Made by a program: the position numbers and the translations under genes. This document shows, piece by piece, positions 27,279-41,161 of a DNA stretch of 64,000 nt. Position 1 is the stretch's first letter, and each line of letters opens with the position of its first letter. Under the pieces are notes generated by a model. It was not told where the DNA came from and did no database searches. It was given only the letters and a program-made list of their open reading frames with translations. The DNA is from Catajapyx aquilonaris (lineage: Eukaryota), in contig JYFJ02000277.1 in the NCBI GenBank assembly GCA_000934665.2, forward strand, positions 1-64,000. Direction: 5' to 3'.

Positions 27279-29659
27279 TTATACACTCTTCTTCTTCCCC
27301 TTGTAATCCAGTATGTGTCCTAATTGGATCAAATAATTCCGGAATTCGTCAGCGATGTCCTGCACCACTTTTTCTTTCCCATCAACCAGGACTCCGTCCA
27401 CCAGGAAAGTTATTCCGAACTTCGACTGGTAAGATGTAACAGCTACCAGAAATCCTGAAAAACACACAACATATAATTATAACTTACTCCCGCCAATGTA
27501 CTAGTTACTGGACCATATATTGATGGAACTGATATTGGTCACTTTTTCTAATAATATTGTTGACAACGATACCTAACATTCATATTCAATCCTGATTATA
27601 TCACCTGCATTGATTGGTTACAAAGTATATAATTCAGATTACAATCGTGATCGCCTTTTATATTTACGGATGCACTTGCATGTTTTACTTACCGTTTATA
27701 GTATACCGTGTACTGTACGATATGTGGAAAATTTCATAGCTCTGATTTGAAATGTATTTCAGATTGGCAATGGCCAATTAGACCAACAATCGCCATCGGA
27801 TGTGAATTCAAAGGGACTCCACTCGACAAGGTTTTACAGCTGCATTGTGTGTTTGTTACATGAATATATAGGCTTACTCACCGCACCCTTCTCTGTGAAT
27901 GGATGTACCCTGGACACCCACGATTTTCCTCTGGTTGTAAGTGAGGTGTTCATCAAACGCCGCAGGAACGTAGGTCGCGTAGGCCAAGGCTCCCATGTGA
28001 CGAAAGATGGGATGGTAAATCCTCTTGGGAAGGATGGTTCCCAGCACTTTAATCAACCACATCAGGGTGTATCCTTCTAGGGATGTCGCGGTCTCTTTCA
28101 ACAAGCGCTGGGTGTTTCTCAGCCGCTCCAGGTGACCCATGGCCTCCCCAGGAAATTGTACAGCGGCCAAATAGTAGTTGCACATGGTGTAGTCGTCCGG
28201 TTCGCTTGGATTGGCAACCACGATGTAAGTCCTGATGACTTTCTCCCTCACGTACAAGGCATGCAAGGAGGCGCCTAGAGCAGCCATGATTATATCGGAG
28301 AAGCGACAACCCGCCTTCCTTCTGATGAAACGCACCAAATCCACGTCGGCAAAGAAAGAGTGAAGGAATTTTTGTCCGCTGAGGCGAGGAAAATGGGTGT
28401 TGTTCCACACGTCCGTTAATTTCTTTGATGCGTAAGTAGAAGGTATGTTCATGATTGCTAATGAGAATGAAATGAATGTTTTGATGGAGAACTTGTTCCG
28501 AAGTGGTGGAACAGGGTTGAATTTTGGCTTCTGATCGGTGAAGTATCTGAAACGGAATAATGATATGCCCAATAAGTTAATTTCTGCAAAAAAAAATTAA
28601 AGCCGCTTTAACTGCAGTGTACCAACTGAAATGTCAGTAGTAGTCGGTGATTTTCTTTTACTTGTTTTCAATCAGTATACCTTTCTAACATAGACATTTT
28701 GCGGTTATCGGAAGTATTGAAACATTTCTCATGCAGTCAGCATTATTGTAACGCATTTTTAATTGAGAATGCCCAGTAGACCAATATTATTGGGACCGAA
28801 CGTCAACGATCGAACCAATTTTTGCATGCCAGACATGTATGTTGCTGCGTGCAATAATAAAATAATAATAAATGTCACAATGTGTCGTAACGTCAGCTAT
28901 ATACCCAATTATTAGGCCTAAGTGGTGAAACCACGCCCTGCACGCGTGCATTTTCTTCTTACATGCAGATTAAAATTAATGCGTGCAAAAACGAGAGTAC
29001 GAGAAAACAAACCTGATCATACATCTCGAGACAGGAATGGCATCACCAACACAGTGATGTCCTTTGATGATGTAGATGCTCTTAGGCTCCGCTCGTGGCT
29101 TACCAAGCTCTTCGTCAAACAAGAATTTTGGAACGTAGTAAACAATCCACATGGGCTTGTCCTTCGGGAAAGGCGAGTTGTGCACTTTGGCGTACAACCT
29201 CATCACATCGGAGTGCGAGTAGGTCTTCTCGGGGTCCACCCCGTCCAGCAGTGCCCAGTGGTCCTCCACACAACATTTGTCCACCTTCCTCCAAAAATAG
29301 TAGCCGTGTATCTTTTCAGGAATGGATATTACCGTGTGAAGTTCTTCATGATTCGCCATAATCTGATCGAACACCCTCTGGGCCTCTTCGGGGTCGCCTC
29401 CATCAGGATGTGGACCATTCATAGAGATGAAGCAGGCCATCGTGCCCCTGCAACTCTCCTCATCGCATAGGTAACCTACTTCCAACCCTTTCAGCTGCTT
29501 CCGCTGGTTTCCGTATTGAAACCACACCAACGTACGACAAATAGTCCAGTGGACCATAAAAATAAAGGCGACTGGCAGCAAAACCGTAATCCATACCAGT
29601 GCGTTGAATGGTAGTAGCAATAAAGGACCAAGTATGAACCATATATTCAACACGGCCAT
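27279..29659 (-). CDS. Wax ester synthase/DGAT-family O-acyltransferase, paralog 1 (~495 aa); exons 29013-29659, 27882-28546, 27279-27454
   Basis: N-terminal hydrophobic anchor, GYYFWRK..EDH, FPKDKPMW, motif HHCVGDA, LSGQK, IRRKAGCRFSDIIMAA, YVP; frame-consistent GT-AG introns. Confidence 0.85.
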
Positions 29660-30129
29660 CTTACTTCAACTGAACCTTTACGACACATTTCCTCTCCATT
29701 TATATTGCTATGCCACCATCACGATTTGGCAGACAAATGTTGAACAATTTGTCTGTTGCAAGATTGAAACATTGCAACCATAACTATGGCCTAGTGTAGC
29801 AGAGTAGGCCTATGACACAAATTGCTGATCTTCACATTAATAAAGAAAAAGAAAGACGTTTATTTCGGCAGATTATAGTATATCCCATTATTACTAAGAA
29901 AGAAGCCGTGAACAAATTTATTGCACTTTGCGAAGTAGGCTATACGTTACAGCTCAAACAATCCCCGCTCTATGTCATCAGATAAAGAAGTCTTAGGATA
30001 CAAAGTATTACATTCAAGGACGTATGCTGTACAAGGTTTAGTGCCCAGCGTGAAGGACAATGTTGGGGTTATATAGTTGCTCCGGTTGCTCCCAAATTAT
30101 TCCCTGAAAATAAACCATGATTTATTTTG

Positions 30130-30390
30130 GAATTCCTGTTCGCCGTTTTTCTTCAGAGTGAATATGGCGGCCCATGACGTTAGAAAGATGGATTAGGCAA
30201 GGGATTAGGTCGTTGATCACATCCTCGGCCATGTCCTGCACTTCTAGCTTTTTTGTCCACTCACCGACGCACTAGCTGTCCACTAGAAAGGACACTCATG
30301 TCTTGCACGCATGTGCTGACTGTGATGGTAAATCCCATAGTTTGATGTGAGACACACACACGAAAAGAACAGCTCATTTTCATTCACACT
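30130..30390 (-). pseudogene. Decayed duplicate of the last exon and intron of WS/DGAT paralog 2
   Basis: Aligns with 31560-31750 (gttgatcacatc.tcggccat.tcctgcacttct..gtccactcacc.acgcact..gtccactagaaag; agaacagctcatttttcattc) with frameshifting insertions. Confidence 0.8.
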
Positions 30391-31484
30391 AGTCTTGTTA
30401 ATCCATATTTTTCACAAAAGAAAATGCAGCGTAAAGGCTGAAAACGTATACAGGCCTATAATACATCGCATTTTCTGGTTGCTGAGTGCTTCTCGATATT
30501 CTGGAGTCTGGATGTTTTAAAGAGTGTATAAATTTGGAAGTTAGTTAGGACCCCTACACATTGATTGCACAAGTGTTGAATCAAAATTCGTATCTTATAA
30601 TCACTGCATATATAATCCGCAATGGAGTATATTTGTCAAAATGCGATTCATTAGATTTTTTAAAAATATTTCAAAATTACGATACAGCTCATCGGTGTCA
30701 TTTCCATTCCAATGATTTTTTTAACGTTAACTTGATGAGTGTCCATTCTCATCATTTGTACCAATTCGACACAAACCGCTTAATAATAGCAAGTTGAAAC
30801 TAGGGAGGTTCATTGTGGAATCCTGGATAATAATACTGCATGCATATCCAAACATATGCTTATCCGATATTTTTCAAGGAGTAAGGTCTCAACATTTCAA
30901 TAGTTGAAGAGATAAGGCAATGAAGATGGCAATTTTTTTGTAAAATATTAAATATTTATTACATTACATATGTACAAGATGAATCGAAGTTCCAGGTATA
31001 CTTCATGTGCAGAATATAATATTATCGCAGATTTTACAAAGCATCATTTAATTCATACCATCGAATAACGTGAATCAGATTGAATCCATATAGATACTGA
31101 ATCCCAATACAGTCTATATACCAACTCGAAATTCTGACTGCAACATTATTCGGGTATTCCTGAACAAATAGTATAATACTGCACCTATTCATAACAACAC
31201 ATAATACTGAGCATTGGTCTTTTAGAATGCAAAAAATTCTGAATTATAATAATCCTCGGCGAGAAATGCGGCAGGCGATTGAAGGGACCACATTTTTCTC
31301 TTGCATTATTATTTGTATGCGAAAGCAGTCAATAATTTTTATGCTTATTAGGCACAAACTCTATCTTTAGTTGACTCAAAGGGGTAATTAGCCTCATTAC
31401 CCCTACAGTGTGACATGCCAAGGTGCGCCGCACTGTATAAGATATAGTTACATGTTCTGAAAATAACGGGATTGCTACATACAC

Positions 31485-33488
31485 CTACGCTCCCAATTTA
31501 CTCTCTGCTGAGTGGAAATCATGGCTTATATTCAAATTCGTTTTCACGTCTTTTCTTCCCACGATGTTGGACAGGTGAATAAGGTTGTTGATCACATCAT
31601 CGGCCATATCCTGCACTTCTTTTTGTCCACTCACCAACGCACTGTCCACTAGAAAGCACACGTTCAGGTCTTGCACGTATGTGTTGGCTGTGACTGTGAT
31701 CCCTGCATATAAAGTGAGAGGCATTCGATAAGAACAGCTCATTTTTCATTCGCATTTTCATTTAAATTGCAGTGTGAGATAAACTTACCAGTTTTATCCC
31801 GATTAATCGACGTGAAATAAGAATGCTCAAGCCTCACTCCATTATTGGACATTCGAGGTCCTCGACCAGGAACGTAACTTATGAAGGCAAAATGGTCCAC
31901 GTAACGAGCCATGGTTTGGCAGAGAGGGAAAGGTATCAGTCCCATCAGTCTCAGGCTCCAGTAGACGCTCAAAGGCTCCAGCGATCGCTTGAGCCCATTG
32001 AGGATTCGTGTGGTGTCTTTCAGGCGCTCCATTGGACCCAAGTCCTTCCCCGAGAAGGTCAGTGTGACGCCAGTGTAGTTGTGACTGATGATCTCGTCGT
32101 CATCAGAGGGAAAGGCAATAGGAAGGCCCGTGCGGATCACTTTAGGACAAAATTTCTGTCTGCTGAAATATTTCTGGAGGGTGGATCCGATGGAGGAGAG
32201 GACAACATCTGAGAATCCGCAGTCGGCCTGGCTCTTGATGAATCGGATCGTGTCGATGTCCAGGGATGCTGTGCAGATGATCTTCTGGCCGCTGAGGCTG
32301 GGAAGACGAGAGGAGTTCCTCAGCCGTCTCAGCATCGCCAGGCAGAACACCGAAGGGATGTTGACGATGGCAGCAGCATTCAGAATAGCAGTGAACCACC
32401 AAGACATTTTGGCCACGGGAGGAACCGGTGCGTACTCGTACGTTTCCTCAAACATATACCTGAAGGAGAATAATAAGGCATTACCAACCGAGGGTTCAAG
32501 CGAATTACAACTATCAGCTGACACTCCTGCTGATAACCATTTGAAGCAATAAAAGTAACTGCTTCAGCATAAGCAAATTGATTCCAAAAAATAATTGATA
32601 GCACCGTGGCAATTTCAATTGTAACACCCTGCATAAAAGGAGTGCACAGTTCAAGTCACGATATAGAACCAACCGAGACGAAACAATAGATAAGAAGGCA
32701 TCAAAATGCATTATTTTCTCTGATCAAAAAAACTGAATTGACCATCAACGGGACGTGTACAGGCGCTGGTTCCACAACGCCTAACTAAAATGTGTCTTTG
32801 ATCTTTCTTCAGATACCGGGGCTCCGTAAATCATAATTCACACTTACTTTTTGAGCGTTTTGTACCATGAAATCCCATCGCCTACGCTGTGGTGTGCCCT
32901 CAAGATGCAGAAAGATTTCTTGTCCGCTCCAGGTTGCTCAACCTCTTCGTCAAAAACAAATTTAGGGACGTAATACAAGTCCCACTGAGGCCTTCTTTCT
33001 GGGAACGGAGCGTTGTGTACCTGGTCGGAGTATATTCTGTGTATTTCGGACCGAGAGTACGTCTTGTTCGGGTCGACTCCGTCCAACAAGTGGCAATGTT
33101 TCTTCAGGTCAAAGTCTTCCTGCTTCTTCCAGTAGTAGTACCCGTGGATCTCCACGGGATAAGAGGTCCAAGAGAGTTCAGGATGCTCGTTTACGGCCCT
33201 TTGAAATCTTCTAGTGTTTTCTTCCAGCTGGTCCTTGGAGAGAGGCCCAGACAATGCGCAGTAGAGGGTCATAATGCCCTTGCTGTTTTTGTCGTCACAC
33301 ATGTGAAGCACTTCTTGTCCGACCAGCTTGGTCCTTCGGTGTCCGAATCGCAGCCATGTCAAAATTCGCGATATGGTCCAGCAAGGCACTGATATGAGTA
33401 CCGCTGGAAACAGAGCCAGGCACCATAACAGTGCGTTGAAGGCAACCTGCAGAAGGCCTGATGGAAATGCGGACTCTATTACGCTCAT
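31485..33488 (-). CDS. WS/DGAT-family O-acyltransferase, paralog 2 (~509 aa); exons 32848-33488, 31789-32459, 31485-31702
   Basis: Canonical HHSVGDG motif, FPERRPQW, LSGQK, SYVPG; same intron positions and phases as paralogs 1 and 3. Confidence 0.88.
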
Positions 33489-34860
33489 CTTGGCTGCTAA
33501 AATATTGAATGGTTGTCCACTCTTACAGGCAAGTGTATTTATACGGCTCTGGTTTACAGCAGGCTAATGTACTCAATGGGATATTTCCCTTATTAAGGTG
33601 AAAACAACATCAGTTATATAAGGACGCTAAAGCAATAAACATGTTTTGAAAGTACCGGGGAAATACAGATGAGTCCAGAAATATTCACAATGCGCACACA
33701 GGCACACTCATTGGTTGCATCCACAATTAATGACTTTTTATAGCCGTTTCCTATTCTACTGCACACATACTTTGTTGACTTTCAAGATCAAGCTCAAAGA
33801 CACGGCGCGGCGTTTATAAATGGCTACTAAAAAAAAGTGCTGACGCTGGCGTGCAAAGCGGGTAGTACAAGACTAGTACACCTAGCTGTACCTAACAGAA
33901 TACAGTAATATATGGTGAGTATGTTCTGCTGCCATCAAAACAAAATAATTGCCTAAAAACTATCACGACGCACTGTGGATACTTTGAACATATGCAGAAA
34001 TAATTAGGTCTCAAGTAGTTGTTTGTTTACCATTATTATTAATTAATATGAGGAATTGCAGGGAATGTTCAACAGGATCTGGTGTATAACATAAGTCTGA
34101 AGTTGGAAGCAATAATCTGTGGCATAACTCAATGTACAAGGCATTATTATTACTTTGGGCCATCTGTCAACATGCAAGATTTGGTATTTTTGTTGGCGAG
34201 GATAAGCCTAGCATATTTTGAATCATTCTTGTGAAAATTCATTGCATGATCTAAGTGCCACATAGCCGTCAGAGGTCGCATTCCTTAATAGACTTGTGGC
34301 CTCTTAAAGGGATCTTCCTTTCATTCCTTGCTTGGAGCTGCTGACGAATTATGATTATGGAGAGAGATTATTACGAAATACAGAGAGAGCCCATCTAAAC
34401 TCTTTGCACGTGAGAGAATCCTGTAATATACACGGGAATCAAACTCATCGGGACCTTTGAGCCCGGAAATCTGCGACGTATAACGTACCAAGCTATATAC
34501 ACTATTATTACAATAATATTTCAATCAAGTGGCAACCAAACTCAATGACCAAACTGATGTCTTCATTGTCCTCTCATGTCATCAAGTTATCCCATGTACT
34601 TATTTTACACTTTGAAATAATGCGAGTAGTCTACTATATTGAAATACTCTACTGGTATAGCACTATTAGCACATGTGCACCTGTGTTCTTATTGCTTCAT
34701 TTTGCTATTGTTTCTATTTTCAGTGGGCATCTCTTCCTGACCGCTATGCGTCTAATTATGCCAAACCTTTTGGCATACTTTAATCAAATCTATACTGATT
34801 GTTCTTAGCGCATGCATGTAAATAAAATATATTGAAAAAAATGTTTCGGCTATTAGAACA

Positions 34861-34945
34861 GACACAAGGGTCAGAAAATGAAATCACGGTATTTTTCCCG
34901 AGCTGCAATAAAAATACCGTGATTTCATTATCTGACCAGTGTGTC
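34861..34945. repeat. Short palindrome/MITE
   Basis: gacaca..ggtcaga.aatgaaatcacggtattttt / aaaaataccgtgatttcatt.tctgacc..tgtgtc. Confidence 0.75.
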
Positions 34946-35049
34946 AATGACTGAAAGTGCGCATTGCTTGTGTTAATGAGGTTGTAGGCCTACTTGAAAT
35001 GCCACTGACAATCACAACACGTACAAAACGGAGATCTCAGAGTATATGC

Positions 35050-35147
35050 ACCGAACTGGATTCTGACAGTGTGTACCGGCACTAATCAAGGCCAAGAAGA
35101 GCCTTGATTAGTGCAGGTACACGTACACTGTCAGAATCCAGTTCGGT
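35050..35147. repeat. Short palindrome/MITE
   Basis: accgaactggattctgacagtgt..gcactaatcaaggc / gccttgattagtgc..acactgtcagaatccagttcggt. Confidence 0.8.
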
Positions 35148-35358
35148 ATGATACATATTATACTCAGGGATTTTCAAGGCTGCGTGTCGTGAGGTATGTA
35201 ATGTATTAGAGTGACGTCAGAAAAACGTCCTTGATAACACTAGCAAAGCAAGTAACTTTGAGTACTATACCAAGAGCTTGGTACTACAGTGGAATTGACT
35301 CATAAACGGGTTTCTCTGTACACTGCAATCATAAGGGAAAAAAAAAGAGATCACACTA

Positions 35359-35403
35359 CACGGAGCCTTGAATGAACCATGCATGGTTCATCAAGGCTCC
35401 GTG
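35359..35403. repeat. Near-perfect 45-bp palindrome
   Basis: cacggagccttgaatgaaccatgcatggttcatcaaggctccgtg. Confidence 0.85.
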
Positions 35404-36856
35404 TCATACTTAACCATTGTTTTCATTTTACAGTAGTAAGTTATGTGGATTAGTAAAACCCCGATTATTATCTGTCACTCACGGTCCCACTGGGGCATTG
35501 TTGGATAACAGAAAAGGTCGGATAATCCGAGGAGCAAAGGAAAACACAACAAAAAGCATTTAAAAAATCATGCAATAATGTACAATATCACACTTTTCTT
35601 AGAAATAGTAAAGTATATTTATCTTTTACATACACAGTCTGTTGTTTAAAATTTAACTATGGCAATACAAAGCAAATGATTAGTAGGCCAGTATTTGATG
35701 AGAAAACATACATTTATTGCTGGAGAAGGAGGGTCGGATATTCCCATGAGTCGCGTAAACGGGGTTCAACGGTATATAGTAAAACAATTATTGGTGGGAT
35801 TTTATTTTTTCCTTGTCATTTGTAGAGAAAAATCCGTTTATGATCCAATTCCACTATACTCATTACTTCTTGCTAGTGTTACTGTTAGCACTTTTGTAAA
35901 GACACGCTATATCATCCCAATAAAAGGTTATACTGTATAACTATATCTTCAATTAATGCAGATTTAGTATAGAAGTGCTAATTCAGGTCCCAAATAAACT
36001 ATCAATTAATAATATTATAATTGCTACCTTAATACGTACAAGCATTATTGCTTTCAAGTGGTGTTTTGACCCAGCAGTGGCACCTTAGGTGAATGGAACC
36101 CATTAAATATTCAGATGAGATTATTAGATAGCTTTAAAAATGAGTATTTTCCTTCGAATATTTGCAGCTGCTATTCTGATGCTAACTTCTCAGAAGTAAC
36201 CGAAACAATTTGGTGTCAAAAAATCGCAGTGAAAAGTAGGCTACACCTCGATATGAATATATACTGAACACCACGAAATTTTGTATTTGCGTACTTTGTG
36301 TTTATTATAATACTCTATAAGTCTACATGTATTTTGTACTGAACGAAAAGCACTTTCAGGTTACAGCACTTGCATACTAATTTCGATTAAAATCAAAATG
36401 TAAAGGGTAACCATCTTGACATAACTGGCGAAATTACCAAAGGATAACAATTTCGAAAATTATGTAGCCTAACCAACCATTAAAAATTCAGAGTAATATT
36501 ATTACCTTGGTAAAACTGTGCATTGAACACATTACCTTCATCCTATGCATAAATATGAATAGGCGCATGAGCTAATTATTAGATCTTGATAGGCGTGAAT
36601 CCCAGTGAATATATGTGAAGGTCAGTGCAATTCTGCATTTCAGTATACTGTAGTGGAATTTCCCGTCGTATATTCTGATAAACACAGCAATTATTATACA
36701 TATGGTAGAGGGAGATATACGTATATTTTATTTGTTATATGTAACTGGATTACTGGAACAATAAACCTTGCAGCAGCATCGTGTTGTTCTTATGCTCTTT
36801 TCTCATGCTAAAAATGGTTTCTCGTTACACTGACTCTTTATTTGTTCTTGTCATAA

Positions 36857-38676
36857 TTATTCTCCGTCATAACCCAGCATGTTTCCTAATTCGATCATGT
36901 GATTTTTAAATGCGTCAGCCAAGTCTTGCACCACTCCTTCTCTCCCGTCGACCACGGCTCCGTCCACCAGGTAATTAATCCTCATCTTGGAGAGATGAGT
37001 TGAAATTCCCACAAGGATTCCTGAAAAGTATTATATTTTAAATGTAATTAATACATACAGAGTTGTCCAACTAGCTAGGAACGCTGTTTATTTAGCTGCT
37101 TTTCAGTAACCATAATGTATATAAGCATGATCGGTTAATTACGCAACGATGGATTAGAATATGTAATTAAGCCAACTTCACATGTAAGTTATTCGTCAAC
37201 CTAATAAGTCAGAACTTCTTTATGCTCTCTAAAACAATAATTGCCATGTTCCCAAGTTACGGCCTCCAGTCCCAGTGACCACAATAATGAAACCCACCTG
37301 TTCCTTCTCGATGAATTGAGGTGACGTGAAAATCCAGTACTTTCCTTCTGTTGTGGGTGATCTCTTTGTCCATTCCGGGAACGTAAGTTACTAAAGCCAG
37401 GACTCCCAGATGTCGAAAGAGGCGATGGAAAATACTCTTGGGCAGGATGATGCCAAACACATTAATCAACAACATCAGACTGTGTCCCTCCAGGGATGTC
37501 GAGGCCTCTTTCAGTATCCTCTGGGTGTGTCTCAACCTCTCCAGATGACCCATAGTTTCTCCAGGAAAAGGGGCACCGGCCAAAGAGTAGTCACATGAGG
37601 TGTAGTCATCCGGTTCGCTCGCATTTGCCACAACAATGTAAGTCCTGATGACTTTCACTCTCTTGAAGACAACGCCCAAAGAGGCGCTTACCGAGGACAT
37701 TATTACATCGGAGAAGTGACAACCTGCCTTCCTTCTGATGAAACGGACCAAGTCCACTCCGATGGTCGCAGAGCAGAGGAACTTCTTCCCATTGAGACGA
37801 GGAAAATGAGTGTTGTTCCAGATGTCATCCAGTTGTTTAGAAATTAACGTATATGGCATGTCCATGATGGTTAATGCCTGCATAATAAATGTTTTAATCG
37901 GAGATGTGTTCTGACGCGGTGGAACAGGGTTGTAGTCGTATTTCTGATCTGTGAGATATCTGAAAATAATAAAAATGATAAAATTCTCTTTGAACTCACC
38001 AATAAGCACAGAATACATGAAGGTAACAATTGACTCACCTTAAAAGACCTCTAAAAATAGGAATTCCACCTCCAAGGTTATGGTGTGCTTTAACAATGTA
38101 GAGACTCTTCCTCTCGACCTTTCCCTGCCCAACCTCTTCGTCGAAAGCTACTTTTGGTACGTAGTAAACCATCCACATGGGCTTATCCTTTGGGAAAGAG
38201 GTGTTGTGCACCTTGGCATACAACCTCATCACATCGGAGTGCAAGTAGGTCTTCTCAGGGTCAACCCCGTCCAGCAGTGAACAATGGTCCTCCACCCGGC
38301 ATTTGTCTACCTTCCTCCAGAAATAATAGCCGAGTATGATCTCCGGAATGGATATGACATTGTGGAAATCCGGATGATTCGCCATAATCTGATCGAACTT
38401 CTTCTGATACTCCTTGGGGTCACCTGAGTGTGGGCCGGCAACAACATAAAAGGAAGCCACAGTATTCCTGCAGGTCTCTTCGTCGCAAGTGTAAAACAGT
38501 TCCAGTCCTTTCATCTGCCTCCTCTGGTTGCCGAATCTCATCCACACCAAAGAACGGAAAACAAGCCAATGGGCCGTAAAGAAGAGTATTGCTGGCAGAA
38601 TAACCAAGAGCCATACTAGCACGTTGAATGCTCCTTGCAATGGACGACATAGAATCCACCTGCTCGCTACCTCCAT
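36857..38676 (-). CDS. WS/DGAT-family O-acyltransferase, paralog 3 (~487 aa), motif Asp replaced by Gly; exons 38039-38676, 37298-37959, 36857-37020
   Basis: Close paralog of gene 1; motif reads HHNLGGG; last exon GILVGISTHLSKMRINYLVDGAVVDGREGVVQDLADAFKNHMIELGNMLGYDGE* read manually. Confidence 0.85.
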
Positions 38677-38816
38677 CCCGAGAAAGCTATGCTAAAGTTT
38701 CTGCTCCTGCAATGCTTTATGTCCTTGCACTGAGATGCAATCTTCGAATTATGACCTGTGGTAGCAGCACAAACCTGTAGCCAAAATTTGCGAAACATCA
38801 ATTCTGCAATCTACAT

Positions 38817-38883
38817 CATTCATTCATTCATTCATTCATTCATTCATTCATTCATTCATTCATTCATTCATTCATTCATTCAT
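38817..38883. repeat. (CATT)n microsatellite upstream of paralog 3
   Basis: Directly visible. Confidence 0.97.
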
Positions 38884-40215
38884 AACATCACGGCATAATC
38901 CCAGAAATGGGGTATAGCCAGAAACTACTATACATCAAACTACCTTTTTTAAGCAGAAGACATAAAATAATGGAGTTGGCTTTCCTTCAATACTGCATTT
39001 CAGAGAAATGTTCAAGAGAAGCTGGCAAATCGCTTCAAATAACGGCTTCCAACAAGTAAAGGAGCATTCACATTATTATATCTGATAGTTTCGCCATTTC
39101 GCCTCTTATGGCAGATTATGATTATGACCGAAAATTACATGAAATCTTTGCAATTACATCTCCCTACATTCATATTATTAAATATGATGTCATAATTATG
39201 TATAATGTAACCTTCAAACCCTCACATATCAAAATCATTCTTGGTCACTCTGATCGTTCTGCATGACATGTTTTCAATCACCAAGAATTATTATTGCCGC
39301 CCTTCCATTCAACTCGAGCCAATTACAAGGTCACCTGGATGCATCATATCCCCACGTCAATTCATTACGTCAATCCATTGGTACATTGGCCATAATAATG
39401 TGCATCTTCACAGACTCTGCTAGAATCTGCTAAACCATTGCATCATGTACTCAGATTATTTTGAAAGCAGAAAAAATAAGGCAACGTGCCTCTGATGATC
39501 TTCCCACATGACCTGTGACACATTTCAGTGACAAATAATCGTAAGATTTCGTGATGGCGTGATTTCGTTACCATCGTGGCATGATTAGTACCAGACATTA
39601 ATTTTATTGAGAAAAAGTGCCCCATAAACAGTCTTGATATATGAAATGATTGCACCCACACTTACTTGTTAGTGGTGCAAATCTTGTGTGGCAAACCTTC
39701 ACATTTGCCTTCACAGAGATTGCGTACACGTACTCGTTTTCACAATGCGGCATTATTTAATCCCTTATGATAGTTGACTATCCATAAGTTACAGTAAGTA
39801 ATAAGTTTAAGTATTATCTAACTGTAAGTATGGAGATCCATTAACAGTTGTGTTATGGATATTTCTCCCTCCTAGATTTTAGACTCACATTGGGCCAACT
39901 GGTACTACCATGGCGAGAGATTAACCTGGCTCTGTAGAGGGGTAATATTGGAAAAATTCATTACATGAGGTACTTGCATGATCCTTCTGTTGTCATTGTA
40001 AATTTAATTATTTTCATATCAAAGTATGTCATCATAATATTTCTGAAAACATGTGTTTGCCTGTGGTTGCATTCATGAACTGTAAGTAAAAGTATCATTT
40101 TTGGTCCCCTAAGACTCGTCACCAAGATAATGAGCTCTAATGTATCTAATGTATTTAATGTACAGGATCCATATGTTTTAAGGAACATAACTCCTGTAAC
40201 TATTTGAACTGTGAA

Positions 40216-40546
40216 GAGAGGGAGGCGGAGTGGTGCTGCGGTAACGTATGCGCCCACGGATGTTAAGGTCCCGGGTTCGATCCCAACCCGGGGACACCCC
40301 CTTCATCTCGTGCAGAGTTCAGGGTCACCTCTGGCTTCGTCTCGGGTGGTATTTCCACAGACTAAACCACCCGGGGGAGTTCACTAAAAATGGCCACATT
40401 AAGACATTGCACTGCACCTTGCACATCCCCTCCTGTCATCCTGCCCGTGGGCCCGGGCGATTCAAAAATCAGGTTCCAGTGTATGTACGATAAAGATACA
40501 ATAAAGGTCCGTGCTGCATACCCCAAGAGGGTCAGGCACTACCCGG

Positions 40547-40623
<77 letters not shown>
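40216..40623 (+). mobile_element. Full-length family A SINE with long (TAT)n tail, 15-bp TSD
   Basis: Highly similar to 24276-24622; TSD tatttgaactgtgaa at 40201-40215 and 40624-40638. Confidence 0.93.
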
Positions 40624-40627
<4 letters not shown>

Positions 40628-41161
40628 TGAACTGTGAAAAAATTACTTGTTATTTTTAGCTCTACAGTTTTCAATTAGGTACTTGATGAGCAAAACTCAA
40701 TTTCCCTTTCCATCTAATATTATTTGGAACAAGATCACAAAAATTCGCAGTAACATGTACTGAAACCTACCCTGCAACGGATCTGTAATCGACAACTACC
40801 AAATGACTAAAAAATTGGGAACAAATTCACCAAAAATTATTACGATATTAGCCAAAACCAATCCTTAATAGATCTTAACCTTACAATATTATCAATTGTA
40901 GTGTATACGAGTATACTAGATGTTTTTCTGTGTTTTCTTAACACTTTTGGTATAATTTGACATCCCCCTTTACTCCACCACAACATAATTAAAGATGAAA
41001 CAATTACTTGTGAATGGCTTGCAAATAACACAACTTAATGGAAGTTCAGAACATATTTAATAGGCAGTTACTCAGACGAGGATAAAATAATAAGTCATTC
41101 AAATACCTTAGAGCGAATTTTTAGGGAGTGAAACCATTCATGCTTATTCAGTTTGAGCCTA

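Noticed and set aside
28922..33567. Plus-strand ORFs of up to 182 aa
   Set aside because: Antisense shadows of WS/DGAT exons
27279..38676. Recent bacterial HGT or contamination for the WS/DGAT genes
   Set aside because: Conserved spliceosomal introns and host-like context; any transfer would be ancient and needs phylogeny
40390..40674. Poly-Y and poly-I ORFs
   Set aside because: SINE (TAT)n tail
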